NCBI GenBank assembly: GCA_050298595.1
Contig: JBNKUM010000085.1
Coordinates: 83,971-147,970 of the forward strand
Direction: 5' to 3'
DNA length: 64,000 nt
DNA from: Gammaproteobacteria bacterium
GTDB lineage: Bacteria; Pseudomonadota; Gammaproteobacteria; GCA-001735895
Shown here piece after piece: positions 50,918 through 61,350 of this stretch; position 1 is the stretch's first letter, and every line of letters begins with the position of its first letter. The translations under genes and the position numbers were made by a program. Below the pieces are notes generated by a model. That model was given only the letters and a program-made list of their open reading frames with translations, ran no database searches and was not told the origin of the DNA.

Positions 50918-52465
50918 TCAGAATCGGTAAATCAAGTTAAAGTGGGCCTTATCGTCACCATCCTGGTTGATCGTGGCATCAGGACCACCACCTTTATTGA
51001 TGACAGCATAATCAAGCGCAACACTTAGCTGTTCTTTCCAGCTCCAGCGTAACCCGACTCCATAGGAAGAAAGATCGTAATCTCCACTGTCGTTAAATTT
51101 GACCTTAGCCTGATCAATAAAAACCAGATAGCGCATATTTGCAAAGGCCGGGGTCCAGATTTCAAAAGAAGTTTGATAGCCGCTATCACCGATTACGGAA
51201 CGTTCTTCAAAACCACGCAGCGTAGAACTACCACCCACACCAAATTGTTCGCCTGAAATCAGTAAATCACTACTACTTTGCCCACTTAAACCCGCGTGCA
51301 AGAGCCAGTCTTTAGAGAAAATCAGATCATAAGCAAGGTTGTATCGTATAGCAGTCCAGTCATTTTTGGCGCCTGTACGGAGCAGTTCATAATCCTCATC
51401 ACTATTGTTACTGCCAGAATCAATATTCAAATCATAGAAAAAATCACCACTAATGGAGCTTGATTTGGCTGTATAGGTAAAACCATAACCCAGTTCTAGA
51501 GGAAAACTCCCTACATCGGCATTTGATACGTTCCCATTAATATCAATCTCATTCTCGAAGAGTTTATTTTGAAACCCAACAGACCACTGGTGATTAAAGT
51601 TGGTATCGGTCAACATCGGACGCGAATAAGTAAAACCAAATACCGAGCCCTTTCCGGTAATAGCTACACCTCCACCCACTTCACCAGAATTGACCTCCGA
51701 ATCTGAAAATATAAAATCCAGATTGGCACCATGTGAATATAGCGGTATATGGTAGCTCAGACCAAACTGATTGGTGGCATCCGGGTCTTCTGGAGCTACG
51801 GTCAAGGTTGCGGTTATCGTGTGATCGCGGTTGAATAGATTGCCATTCTGATATCCCAGAGTACTGCGGAATTCACTGGTATCTTTGCTACCAGTATTAT
51901 CCAGCGTCAGGAAAAAAAGCTGCGGGTTACGATCATTGACGGTTAAATTAGCATCAATGGTATCTCCCTCGTCACCTTCCTTAAACTTAAGCACCATATT
52001 CTTGGAAGCGTGATTATTAGCAAGTTTCAAAGAACGCGACAATTCCCTGGTATTTGGTGTACTACCAACACTTAACTCAGGAAGAGAGCTACGGATATTC
52101 CGTTCATTAAAGAACTTATTACCCGATATATTTATCGCCCCGATAGTAAAATGAATAACATTCAACTCGACGGTACCAGAGATTAATTGCTGAGGAGGCA
52201 GGGACACTCGGTGAAAACTATAACCCTGTTTAATAATTTCCTGTTCCAGGGCATCAGCCGCAGCAGATAACCCATCCAGACCATAATGCTCACCTAGATA
52301 GGATTGCAGTACTTTTTGCGCTTTGTCCGCTATTGGGTTATCACCAGTGACGTCAAAGCTAGAAACCGTAAAACGCATTGGCGTATAAGTAGTTTGGGCA
52401 TACCCTACCATTGGCAACAGAGTAACAAAAAATAAAACAAAGGCACTTCCCTGAGGTATTCGCAT
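50918..52465 (-). CDS. TpsB outer-membrane transporter (ShlB/FhaC/HecB family, POTRA + 16-strand barrel)
   Basis: Signal peptide at the internal start MRIPQGSAFVLFFVTLLPMVGYA. POTRA-region motifs. C-terminal beta-barrel ending in ...FNLIYRF (terminal aromatic residue). Confidence 0.8.
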   Translation of the reverse strand: MRIPQGSAFVLFFVTLLPMVGYAQTTYTPMRFTVSSFDVTGDNPIADKAQKVLQSYLGEHYGLDGLSAAADALEQEIIKQGYSFHRVSLPPQQLISGTVELNVIHFTIGAINISGNKFFNERNIRSSLPELSVGSTPNTRELSRSLKLANNHASKNMVLKFKEGDEGDTIDANLTVNDRNPQLFFLTLDNTGSKDTSEFRSTLGYQNGNLFNRDHTITATLTVAPEDPDATNQFGLSYHIPLYSHGANLDFIFSDSEVNSGEVGGGVAITGKGSVFGFTYSRPMLTDTNFNHQWSVGFQNKLFENEIDINGNVSNADVGSFPLELGYGFTYTAKSSSISGDFFYDLNIDSGSNNSDEDYELLRTGAKNDWTAIRYNLAYDLIFSKDWLLHAGLSGQSSSDLLISGEQFGVGGSSTLRGFEERSVIGDSGYQTSFEIWTPAFANMRYLVFIDQAKVKFNDSGDYDLSSYGVGLRWSWKEQLSVALDYAVINKGGGPDATINQDGDDKAHFNLIYRF

Positions 52466-52988
52466 GACTATAAATTCTTCATTCTCGAATTTAAAATCAT
52501 ATCGACTGGTGATTACATTGTCCATGATAAACTGGCTCAGGACATGCTATTTAGAGTACTTTCTATTAACTTGGACTTAATAAAGGATACTCTGTCTAGA
52601 ATTATCATACCCACATGACAAATCTAAATAGTAAAACCATTTTGCTGCGCATAAACATGCTTTAACGCAGTAATAAACATACTTTGCCATAACTGTTTCG
52701 GCTTTGCGCTGACTCTCAAAACCTCTCAAACACTTCGATTGATACAGGTAATCACCAGCATCCAATAATAGCCCAGCCTGCAGATCCAGAGCCTGAAACA
52801 TTTTTACCAATAACAGCGATAGCGCTATAGAAGGAACATCTAGTGCACTTTTCCAGGATCCTGTCGGATTTAGGGTGAATCTACTGCGGAAAAGGCATTT
52901 TGGCCAACAATCCGATCATTTTCGTTAAATAGGCTCACTATTCGCCTCAAATGATCGAAATATTTCGACTCAAAATACCGTTCCTTCG

Positions 52989-54320
52989 CTACGATAACCT
53001 AAACCCGACAGACTCCTGGCTCGCCATCAATGCTTCAATATCCTTTACACTGCTAGGCACCCCAGCGGTCAGCACTTCATGCCCTTTTGGCGTTACCAGA
53101 ACATCATCTTCAATACGAATACCGATATCCCACCATTTACGATGCACCCCTTTACTCTGAGCAGGGATATAGATACCCGGTTCAACGGTCAGAACCATCC
53201 CCGGCTCCAGTAAACGCCATTGATCACCCACTTTATAGTCCCCAACATCGTGCACATCGAGCCCTAACCAGTGCCCCGTGCGATGCATGTAAAAACGTCG
53301 GCAAGCATGTTCTTTCAACAGCTTGGGCAGCGTACCTTTGAGTATCTTAAGCTCCAGCAAACCTTTGGTAATGACACGTACTGCTGCATTATGCGGATCG
53401 TTCCAGTGATTCCCTGGCATTACCTTTTTAATTGCCGCCTGTTGCGCCTGTAAAACAATTTCATAAACATCTCTCTGCGCCGAAGAAAACTTCCCATTTA
53501 CAGGGAAAGTTCGTGTGATATCGGAAGCATAACCATCAACCTCACAACCGGCATCGATTAGCAATAAATCACCATCTTTCAGAGCATCGGTATTTTCAGT
53601 GTAATGCAGAATGCAGCCATTGCGCCCACCACCCACTATCGGTGGATAGGCATGCTCTGCTCCATTTCGACTGAATTCATAGTTATATTCTGCTTCGATA
53701 CTGTACTCAAACAGTCCCGGCTTACAAGCTTGCATAGCCTTTGTATGAGCCGCAACGCTAATTTTCGCCGCCTTTTTCATCGCACTTAGCTCAGCGCGGC
53801 TCTTATACAAACGCATATCGTGCAAAAGATGGTCTAGCGAAACGAATTCGTAGGGTACATGTACACCGGAACGCGATTGCGCCTTAATTTGATTCACCCA
53901 CCCCATCAGCCGTGCATCAAACTCCGGATAACGCCCCATCACCTGAAAAACCTTTTCTCGATCCTCCAGTAGCCCCGGCAGAATATCGTCGATATCATCA
54001 ATGGGGAAAGAGTCATCAGCACCATATTGCTCAATCGCACCCTGCTGGCCTGCACGGCGGCCGTGCCAGGTTTCCTGCTCAGGGTCATTTTCACGGCAAA
54101 ACAGGATGAATTCTCCGTGCTTACGCCCAGGTACAAGCACCAGTACCGAATCGGGTTCTCTAAAACCAGTTAAATACAGAAAATCACTATCCTGACGAAA
54201 CGGGTATTCGACATCGCGATTTCTAACCTGTGAGGACGCCGAAGAAACGATAGCTATGCTGCCTTTACCGATCATCTTCATTAACTGTGCACGACGGCGC
54301 TTAAATTCACTTGCATTCAT
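52989..54320 (-). CDS. pepP: Xaa-Pro aminopeptidase
   Basis: N-terminal AMP_N domain and M24 pita-bread domain (HGxGHxLGLDVHD, EPGxY). Downstream of ygfB as in E. coli. Confidence 0.9.
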   Translation of the reverse strand: MNASEFKRRRAQLMKMIGKGSIAIVSSASSQVRNRDVEYPFRQDSDFLYLTGFREPDSVLVLVPGRKHGEFILFCRENDPEQETWHGRRAGQQGAIEQYGADDSFPIDDIDDILPGLLEDREKVFQVMGRYPEFDARLMGWVNQIKAQSRSGVHVPYEFVSLDHLLHDMRLYKSRAELSAMKKAAKISVAAHTKAMQACKPGLFEYSIEAEYNYEFSRNGAEHAYPPIVGGGRNGCILHYTENTDALKDGDLLLIDAGCEVDGYASDITRTFPVNGKFSSAQRDVYEIVLQAQQAAIKKVMPGNHWNDPHNAAVRVITKGLLELKILKGTLPKLLKEHACRRFYMHRTGHWLGLDVHDVGDYKVGDQWRLLEPGMVLTVEPGIYIPAQSKGVHRKWWDIGIRIEDDVLVTPKGHEVLTAGVPSSVKDIEALMASQESVGFRLS

Positions 54321-54322
54321 TA

Positions 54323-54865
54323 TTAATGGACCTGTGTGTTCACTGCTATAGGATTCATCTCTTCATTCATAAAAATCACCGACAACCGAACATGTTCGAC
54401 TACCTCTGCATAAACCGTTTCCGCGTCATCCGTTTCTTCCTCATCGTGACTCAATTGACTGATCTGAAGTAGATCATCCATGCATTCCCGCCCCTGCTCA
54501 GACAGATTGTTCAATCTGGCCTCGCCATTTACCGCCAGGCCATAAAGATACCCCTGACACCAGCTACCCAGTCCCAGCAAGCGCAGGGCAAACTCCTGAT
54601 CCTCATCGGGCAGCAATAACTCGAATGTCATATCATCCGAATTTAACTGTACCTTAGTTTGATTAAATAATTCCTGTAGTATTTCTAGCGACTCTTTGGC
54701 TAGCAGGTCATTCGGGTCGGGAAGCTTTTCTAGCGTAAACCCTAACCAACGAGCAAAATCATCCCCGCCCAGTAATAAACCACATAAAGTACCGTGGGCT
54801 TCGGCTGCGTCGGTCATTGCATCCAGTTGCTGCAAACTATTTTGTACCTGATCAAAATCTATCAT
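54323..54865 (-). CDS. ygfB: UPF0149 family protein YgfB
   Basis: 180 aa acidic protein, conserved neighbour of pepP. Confidence 0.75.
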   Translation of the reverse strand: MIDFDQVQNSLQQLDAMTDAAEAHGTLCGLLLGGDDFARWLGFTLEKLPDPNDLLAKESLEILQELFNQTKVQLNSDDMTFELLLPDEDQEFALRLLGLGSWCQGYLYGLAVNGEARLNNLSEQGRECMDDLLQISQLSHDEEETDDAETVYAEVVEHVRLSVIFMNEEMNPIAVNTQVH

Positions 54866-55033
54866 TGTGTAAATTCAACTTGTTCGTATAATTTTCGCAT
54901 TCTATCACCCGGGTATGCTTTTCTCATTAGTACCAGGCCTGAAGTGGCTCTGTTTAATGATAAATCAGAATCCTGATGATTATGGATTATAATCAGCTGT
55001 TGACAGTTAATCTTTCATCCCCAAAAATGCGCT

Positions 55034-55264
55034 ATGGATTCAGATAATAAAGCTTTTACAGAATCAGACCTGCTCAAACTGGAAAATCAGATCGATGCCC
55101 TGATTGATACCGTTAGCCAACTGAAGCAGGAAAACAGTAACCTCCGCCACCAGCAGGACAGCCTGATGTCTGAGCGATCCCAATTGATAGAAAAAACCGA
55201 GTTAGCGCGCAGCCGCGTTGAAGCGATGATCACTCGCCTCAGATCTCTGGAATTACATTCATGA
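55034..55264 (+). CDS. Small coiled-coil protein preceding zapA (ZapB-like / TIGR02449 family)
   Basis: 76 aa, continuous heptad coiled coil (LENQIDALIDTVSQLKQENSNLRHQQDSLMSERSQL...). Overlaps the zapA start. Confidence 0.5.
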   Translation: MDSDNKAFTESDLLKLENQIDALIDTVSQLKQENSNLRHQQDSLMSERSQLIEKTELARSRVEAMITRLRSLELHS

Positions 55265-55572
55265 GCAAACCATTAGCGATTAATATCTCCATTCTGGATA
55301 AAGAATACAAGATTGCCTGCCCATCTGGTGAACAACCAGCACTACTGGCATCGGCTGAATATCTGGACAGCAAGATGCGAGAAGTACGTGATAGTGGAAG
55401 CATTATTGGCTCGGAAAGGATTGCAGTAATAACCGCACTAAACATTGCACATGAGCTTTTAAACTCCAGCCAGCAGAGCGACAAACTTGACAAGGGCCTG
55501 TCTCCGCGCCTTAAAAATCTGGAAATCAAGATCAGTGATGCCTTGCAGAAAGTGCGCCAGCTTGAAATCTAA
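55261..55572 (+). CDS. zapA: Cell division protein ZapA
   Basis: MSKPLAINISILDKEYKIACPSGEQPALLASAEYLDSKMREV... canonical ZapA. Confidence 0.8.
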   Translation: MSKPLAINISILDKEYKIACPSGEQPALLASAEYLDSKMREVRDSGSIIGSERIAVITALNIAHELLNSSQQSDKLDKGLSPRLKNLEIKISDALQKVRQLEI

Positions 55573-55689
55573 CCCACCAATTAACTCTAATTATGCGCTT
55601 GCCCCGCAAATTTTATAAATTTAATTTGACACTCAGGGTCATAAAAAAAATCTACAACATAGCCGGTGCAATTATTTTAGAAGTGTCGT

Positions 55690-55895
55690 ATAGTTTATTA
55701 AACCAACTGCGGTGTTAGTTAGCTTCTATAAGATCCTTGAGCCTAATTATCAACTTCGGGGCGATCAGTGTCATACTGGTGTGCATGCCCGAGATTTTTC
55801 GGGAAGCCTGATGGATGCCCTCTTGCCCCACCTGAACCTTCTGGTTCAAGGTTGATAGTCTGCGACGGCATCGCGGTTGGTATTTTCTCCTTCTA
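55690..55895 (+). ncRNA. ssrS: 6S RNA (SsrS)
   Basis: Conserved zapA-ssrS-ygfA locus. CTGGTGTGCATGCCCGAG...CACCTGAACCTTCTGGTTCAAGGTTGATAGTCTGCGACGGCATCGCGG closely parallels the E. coli 6S 3' half (GGUGAGCAUGCUCGG...CACCUUGAACCAAGGGUUCAAGGGUUACAGCCUGCGGCGGCAUCUCGG). A 5' segment ACCAACTGCGGTG can pair with the 3' CGCGGTTGGT closing stem. Ends are approximate. Confidence 0.7.
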
Positions 55896-55905
55896 ATAAT
55901 AAAGT

Positions 55906-56490
55906 ATGCTGCCGCAACAGATTCGCCAACATTACCGCCGTCTACGTAAAAACCTCTCTTACCTGGAACAGCAGTCCAACGCTCAGCGCCTGGCTGACAA
56001 TATCAATGATTACCTGGGTAATTATAAGCGCTATAAGATTGCCGCTTATCTGGCTGTGCAGGGAGAGATTTCTTTAGCAAACTGGATGGCATCGCAATTG
56101 CTGCATAGTATTTATCTTCCAAAACTCTACGAACCCATTCAGCCGAATTTACGTTTTGCCCCATTAACCGAGCAAACTGCCTGGGTTAAAAATCGATTTA
56201 ACATCATAGAACCTAAAGCTCACTGGGGTGAGACACTGCACTCCAGAGAACTGGATATCATCCTGATGCCGTTAGTGGCCTTCGACAGGTCTGGAAATAG
56301 AATGGGTATGGGAGCCGGCTATTATGATCGAGCGCTCGCATTTAAACGCGCTCGTCAACACTATACTAAACCCATTCTTATCGGGGTGGCTCATAGCATA
56401 CAGGAGCACCCGGAATTAATAAGCAATAAATGGGACATAGGCATGGATTACATTATCACCGAAAAAGAGGTTATTCAGCCAACCACCTGA
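55906..56490 (+). CDS. ygfA: 5-formyltetrahydrofolate cyclo-ligase
   Basis: ...LMPLVAFDRSGNRMGMGAGYYDR... 5-FTHF cyclo-ligase signature. Follows ssrS as in E. coli. Confidence 0.85.
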   Translation: MLPQQIRQHYRRLRKNLSYLEQQSNAQRLADNINDYLGNYKRYKIAAYLAVQGEISLANWMASQLLHSIYLPKLYEPIQPNLRFAPLTEQTAWVKNRFNIIEPKAHWGETLHSRELDIILMPLVAFDRSGNRMGMGAGYYDRALAFKRARQHYTKPILIGVAHSIQEHPELISNKWDIGMDYIITEKEVIQPTT

Positions 56491-56503
56491 CCTTTGAAAA
56501 CGC

Positions 56504-58027
56504 TTATTGCAGGAATAAGCGATAGGCTGAGTTATCACTTTCATCCCAATAAGGAAACTCCAGTGACGCAAGGCAATGCCTGAATTCCTGATATTCAGCC
56601 CTATCCACCTGTATACCCATCAGGACACGACCATAGTCTGCGCCATGATTTCTATAGTGAAAAAGGCTGATATTCCAACGCCTGCCAATCTCTGAGAGAA
56701 ACTTTAATAACGCGCCAGGCTTTTCCGGGAACTGAAAACGGTAAAGCAGCTCATTATCGACCCCAGGACCTGGATGGCCACCGACCATATAACGCGTATG
56801 CAGTTTGGCAACCTCGTTATCGGTCATATCCTCGACCAGATAATTCCTGTCCGTCAAATGCTTGATAATCTGCTCTTTTTCTTCAATACCCCGAGATAAC
56901 TGTATCCCCGCAAACACTCTTGCCTTTTTCGAGTCGGCATATCGATAATTGAATTCGGTAATCTGACGCTTGCCAATAATCTGGCAAAACTGCTTAAAAC
57001 TGCCTGGCTTTTCTGGAATTTCTACAGCAATTAAAGCTTCGCGCTGCTCACCAATCTCCGCACGCTCAGAAACATGGCGCAAACGATCAAAGTTCATATT
57101 GGCGCCACTATTGATAGCGACCAATGTTTTACCTGATAGCTTTTTCTTCTCCACATACTTTTTCAACCCGGCCAAAGACACTGCCCCAGCAGGTTCACAG
57201 ATTGCACGAGTATTATCATAGGTATCCTTGATTGCTGCACAGATTTGATCAGTCGAAACCGTCATCACTTCATCAACCAGATTGCGGATCATTTTAAAAG
57301 TATTCTGGCCAACCTGACGCACTGCAACACCATCAGCAAATATACCGACTTCATTTAGGCACACTCGTCGTTTTGCTTTCATCGCGGCATACAGGCACGC
57401 CGCATCTTCAGGCTCCACACCTATCACTTTGATAGAAGGTTTGACGGCTTTTATAAATCCAACAATACCGGCGAGCAAACCACCACCACCTACCGGCACA
57501 AATATCGCATCGATGTTATCGGGGTTCTGACGAATTATTTCATGCGCAATGGTCGCCTGACCGGCCATCACATCAATATCGTCATATGGATGAATAAAAG
57601 ATAAACTTTCCTGTTCGGCCAATTCCAGTGAGTGCTCATAAGCCTCATCAAAATTCTCCCCGAACAAAACCGTTTTTGCACCGCGTGATTTTACTGCATT
57701 GACCTTAATAGTCGGCGTTGTTGCTGGCATAACAATCACCGCCTGCATATTTAACTTGTTAGCTGCCAGCGCCACCCCCTGAGCATGATTCCCTGCTGAA
57801 GCTGCAATCACGCCTTTTAAATCAGGGTTTTGTCGCTTCATCTGATAGGCTTTATTAAATGCACCACGCAATTTAAAAGAAAAAACGGGCTGCAAATCCT
57901 CCCTTTTCAACAACACCTCATTATTCAATCTCAGTGATAGCTCTGGCATAGGATCCAATGGCGTTTCATTAGCCACATCATAGACTCGGGCAGTGAGCAC
58001 TTTTTCGAGAAATTTAGCAGGTGTCAT
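56504..58027 (-). CDS. ilvA: Threonine dehydratase, biosynthetic (two C-terminal regulatory domains)
   Basis: PLP-Lys motif SFKLRGA. 507 aa with duplicated ACT-like C-terminal domains. Confidence 0.9.
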   Translation of the reverse strand: MTPAKFLEKVLTARVYDVANETPLDPMPELSLRLNNEVLLKREDLQPVFSFKLRGAFNKAYQMKRQNPDLKGVIAASAGNHAQGVALAANKLNMQAVIVMPATTPTIKVNAVKSRGAKTVLFGENFDEAYEHSLELAEQESLSFIHPYDDIDVMAGQATIAHEIIRQNPDNIDAIFVPVGGGGLLAGIVGFIKAVKPSIKVIGVEPEDAACLYAAMKAKRRVCLNEVGIFADGVAVRQVGQNTFKMIRNLVDEVMTVSTDQICAAIKDTYDNTRAICEPAGAVSLAGLKKYVEKKKLSGKTLVAINSGANMNFDRLRHVSERAEIGEQREALIAVEIPEKPGSFKQFCQIIGKRQITEFNYRYADSKKARVFAGIQLSRGIEEKEQIIKHLTDRNYLVEDMTDNEVAKLHTRYMVGGHPGPGVDNELLYRFQFPEKPGALLKFLSEIGRRWNISLFHYRNHGADYGRVLMGIQVDRAEYQEFRHCLASLEFPYWDESDNSAYRLFLQ

Positions 58028-58207
58028 GGAGTAACCTCAAATAACGATCTGGCATTATCAGGAAACACTTGTAATTAGGCAATAGCCGCGGCCTTAAGAT
58101 TCAGAATGAACAGGTTGTGTAAAACTTACCTCATGATTCCTGATTACCGATGACATTTCCCACCGCTATCGTTACTATTCACATTTTTATAATAAGGTTA
58201 TAAATTT

Positions 58208-58870
58208 ATGGATGCTGACGCTAAAAAGAAAATGGCTGCACAGGCTGCTCTGGATTATGTGATACCCGGCACGATAATAGGCGTGGGTACCGGCTCCACG
58301 GTCAACCACTTTATCGACGCCCTGGCTGAAAAAATGAAAACCGCTGTCGAGGCTGCGGTATCCAGTTCTGAAGCCTCAACAGAGCGACTCAAGCAGCACG
58401 GCATTCCAGTCATTGATTTAAATTCAGCCGGGCAACTTTCCATTTACGTGGATGGCGCTGATGAATCAAATCGACAACTGCATCTGATAAAAGGTGGTGG
58501 TGGCGCACTCACCCGTGAGAAAATTGTCGCTGCCGCCAGTGACACCTTCGTTTGTATTGCGGACGAAAGTAAACTGGTCGATCACCTTGGCGCATTTCCA
58601 TTACCGGTTGAAGTTATCCCTATGGCCAGAAGTCTGGTTGCTCGAGAACTGACCAAGCTCGGCGGACAACCCAAATGGCGGGAAAACTTTGTAACCGATA
58701 ATGGCAATGACATACTCGATGTGCACAATTTAAAAATTATGGACCCGATGAAAATTGAGACACTGATTAATCAGATTGCTGGTGTTGTAACCGTTGGCAT
58801 TTTTGCTCATCGCCCGGCCGACGTCCTGCTACTAGGCGGTGACAATGGTATTACCACAATAAAACCCTGA
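58208..58870 (+). CDS. rpiA: Ribose-5-phosphate isomerase A
   Basis: [33 protein letters not shown]...[11 protein letters not shown] canonical RpiA. Confidence 0.9.
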   Translation: MDADAKKKMAAQAALDYVIPGTIIGVGTGSTVNHFIDALAEKMKTAVEAAVSSSEASTERLKQHGIPVIDLNSAGQLSIYVDGADESNRQLHLIKGGGGALTREKIVAAASDTFVCIADESKLVDHLGAFPLPVEVIPMARSLVARELTKLGGQPKWRENFVTDNGNDILDVHNLKIMDPMKIETLINQIAGVVTVGIFAHRPADVLLLGGDNGITTIKP

Positions 58871-58875
58871 ATAAC

Positions 58876-58912
58876 AAAAGCCCCCCTGACCCGACCTGCG
58901 GGGGCTTTTTTA
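58876..58912. terminator. Bidirectional rho-independent terminator (rpiA / rhodanese gene)
   Basis: AAAAGCCCCCC-tgacccgacctgc-GGGGGCTTTTTT. Confidence 0.65.
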
Positions 58913-58924
58913 GAATAAAACCAT

Positions 58925-59632
58925 CTATTCTTCCGGCACCACAACCGTCAGACCCAGTGACTGCCAGGCCTGCATACCACCGCGATAGTAATATAGTTTC
59001 TCGGCTGGATAGCCTAACTTCAATAACCCTTGTAGAGCATGTGGGGACTGAGCACACCACATGCCGTTGCACCAAAGCATCAGCTTCTTGACATTGGTAA
59101 AATCCCATTCATCATTTTTCTGGTTTCCACCCAATAAACCCAGGGTTTCAATACTACGCGTAAAGTCGCTAACATCTCCGCGTCTTTTTGCACCTAATTC
59201 GTGCATAGTTTCTATCAGCAGCGGGTCATCTCTATCCAGTGTAAATACTGTAAATGGAATATTCACTGAACCAGGGATAGTACCTCGCTTCCACCAGGCA
59301 GGAGTTCTCGCATCAATAATTACCCCAGTCCCATCCAGCAATTCATGCTCCATAAAATCAAACATCTCAAGCTGACCGACCGTTGTGACCCCGTCACCAG
59401 CAGACATTGGCTGTATACAGAAGGGCGGGCATTTGCGTGATGTCCTGGCAAACCCACCCTCAAGAATATGATCCTGATCTTGAATACGTTCGATTTTAAT
59501 CAGCTTGCTTTGATGGATGACCTCAACAAATTCCTTGTCAGGGGTAAGTTTGACATCTAGCGCCTGGACACTTGCAACTGAAGTTATAGATACAAGTAGA
59601 AACAACCATTTAGTTATTGAGTACCTCATCAT
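58925..59632 (-). CDS. Periplasmic rhodanese-domain (sulfurtransferase-like) protein
   Basis: Signal peptide. Rhodanese fold with active-site loop LWCNGMWCAQSP near the C-terminus. Confidence 0.6.
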   Translation of the reverse strand: MMRYSITKWLFLLVSITSVASVQALDVKLTPDKEFVEVIHQSKLIKIERIQDQDHILEGGFARTSRKCPPFCIQPMSAGDGVTTVGQLEMFDFMEHELLDGTGVIIDARTPAWWKRGTIPGSVNIPFTVFTLDRDDPLLIETMHELGAKRRGDVSDFTRSIETLGLLGGNQKNDEWDFTNVKKLMLWCNGMWCAQSPHALQGLLKLGYPAEKLYYYRGGMQAWQSLGLTVVVPEE

Positions 59633-60045
59633 TTTTTGCTCACCTTTTGAATTATATCTCGCACCGAATCTGGATCCGGATTTCCCTGATAAGACGCGTA
59701 AACTTCGTCTTTCTGGCCATTATTGAGGCGCTTATAAAACAGATAACTACCTATATAGTTTTGCTGCAGGACTTTTTCAAACTGTTCAATGGTTAATCCG
59801 CTAACCAATCTACCGGGTGAACCGCCTGAGTCCAATTTACTAGCAACAGTCTTTGAAACACTGCTCGTAGAGCCAGCCTTTGTTTGCTTATCCAGAGTTA
59901 CGCTTTCAGCTTCCCCCTTCAGCGACTTTAAATAATCTGCATTTGACTGGGCCACAGCAGAACCCACAACAAACCCCAGAGCGACAAATAGCATAAAGCG
60001 CACACTCCCTTTCCTCAAGCACATGTCCAAAGTTACACTCAACAA
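59629..60045 (-). CDS. Small secreted hypothetical protein (co-transcribed with the rhodanese gene)
   Basis: Signal-peptide-like MLFVALGFVVGSAVAQS. No recognisable domain. 4-nt overlap with the downstream gene. Confidence 0.35.
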   Translation of the reverse strand: MLSVTLDMCLRKGSVRFMLFVALGFVVGSAVAQSNADYLKSLKGEAESVTLDKQTKAGSTSSVSKTVASKLDSGGSPGRLVSGLTIEQFEKVLQQNYIGSYLFYKRLNNGQKDEVYASYQGNPDPDSVRDIIQKVSKK

Positions 60046-60313
60046 GTAAACACCTTTTTTTATTTTTATGGGAATAATACCAGCCCATTTTTATAGATTT
60101 TGTGGCTTTTAATAATTTTTTTTACTTTGATAAATTCAGATTAGTCGCTTGCCAGGCCTGTGTCAAGAAGTCACAGACTCATTAATATCTTTAATTACAT
60201 AATGTTACATCACCTATTTCGACTTCATATTAACAAAATAACAATTTTGACGTGGACAAAAAAAACCCGCTAAAAAGCAGGCTTTTTTAGAATAAACAGC
60301 TTTAAAAAACTGA

Positions 60314-60706
60314 TTAACGTTTGGAAAACTGGGTCGCTCTACGAGCTTTTCTTAGACCAACTTTCTTACGTTCAACTTCTCTTGCATCACGAGTAACAAA
60401 GCCTTCTTTTCTCAGTGCCGATCTAAATGTTTCATCATACTGCATCAGGGCACGAGTAATACCCAGGCGAATCGCGCCAGCTTGTCCACTTGGACCACCA
60501 CCAGAAACATTTACATTAATATCAAACTTTGAAACCAGATCAACCGTTTCTAATGGCTGGCGAACAACCATACGAGAAGTTTCACGTCCGAAATAATCTT
60601 CAATAGATTTTTTGTTGACGGTAATGTTTCCACTGCCTTCAGTCATATACACACGAGCTGCTGAGCTTTTGCGACGACCTGTTCCGTAATACTGTTCTGC
60701 AGACAT
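60314..60706 (-). CDS. rpsI: 30S ribosomal protein S9
   Basis: ...[19 protein letters not shown]...[17 protein letters not shown] canonical S9. Confidence 0.95.
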   Translation of the reverse strand: MSAEQYYGTGRRKSSAARVYMTEGSGNITVNKKSIEDYFGRETSRMVVRQPLETVDLVSKFDINVNVSGGGPSGQAGAIRLGITRALMQYDETFRSALRKEGFVTRDAREVERKKVGLRKARRATQFSKR

Positions 60707-60717
60707 ATCTGATTCTC

Positions 60718-61146
60718 TTAAATATCTAGTATCTGAGGCTGTTGTGCAGAGTGATTATGATTTTCACCCGCATACACCTTAAGTTTCTTAAACATGGCTC
60801 GACCCAGTGGATTCTTTGGCAACATACCTTTTACAGCAGTTTCCAGAATTCGCTCAGGATGAGTCGCACGTAACTTTGACAGGTTAACAGACTTCAGGTT
60901 ACCAATGTATCCAGTATGATGATGATACATTTTATCCTGCTCTTTATTACCAGTCACTTTCACCTTCTCAGCATTAACCACGACGATATAATCACCTGTG
61001 TCTACATGCGGTGTATATTCAGGCTTGTGTTTACCACGCAGTCTGCGTGCAATTTCAGTCGAAAGACGGCCTAACGTCTTATCTGTAGCATCAACTAGGA
61101 ACCAGTCACGTTTTACCGATTCGGGTTTTGCACTAAAGGTTTTCAT
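60718..61146 (-). CDS. rplM: 50S ribosomal protein L13
   Basis: [56 protein letters not shown] canonical L13. Confidence 0.95.
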   Translation of the reverse strand: MKTFSAKPESVKRDWFLVDATDKTLGRLSTEIARRLRGKHKPEYTPHVDTGDYIVVVNAEKVKVTGNKEQDKMYHHHTGYIGNLKSVNLSKLRATHPERILETAVKGMLPKNPLGRAMFKKLKVYAGENHNHSAQQPQILDI

Positions 61147-61320
61147 AATTTTTCCTAAACTCGCTTAAATGCGTTTGTCTTCTCGAAGAAAGGGCGCGAA
61201 TACTAACGGATTCATCCGCAATTGACAAGGTCTATCAAACGCTTTATTCAGATTTTCTCTCTCATTGAGCTGAATCGGCTTGGATAACTAATATTTATTG
61301 ATTCTGAAGTAAAAAATTGT

Positions 61321-61350
61321 TAAAAAAAGGCGTGGCTGGTAGGCCACGCC
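61321..61350 (-). terminator. Strong hairpin terminator about 265 nt downstream of osmC
   Basis: Minus strand: GGCGTGGC-ctacca-GCCACGCC followed by U7. Confidence 0.45.

Noticed and set aside
52577-52810. 77-aa ORF in the tpsB upstream region
   Set aside because: No RBS, odd composition, lies in a probable promoter region. Likely spurious.
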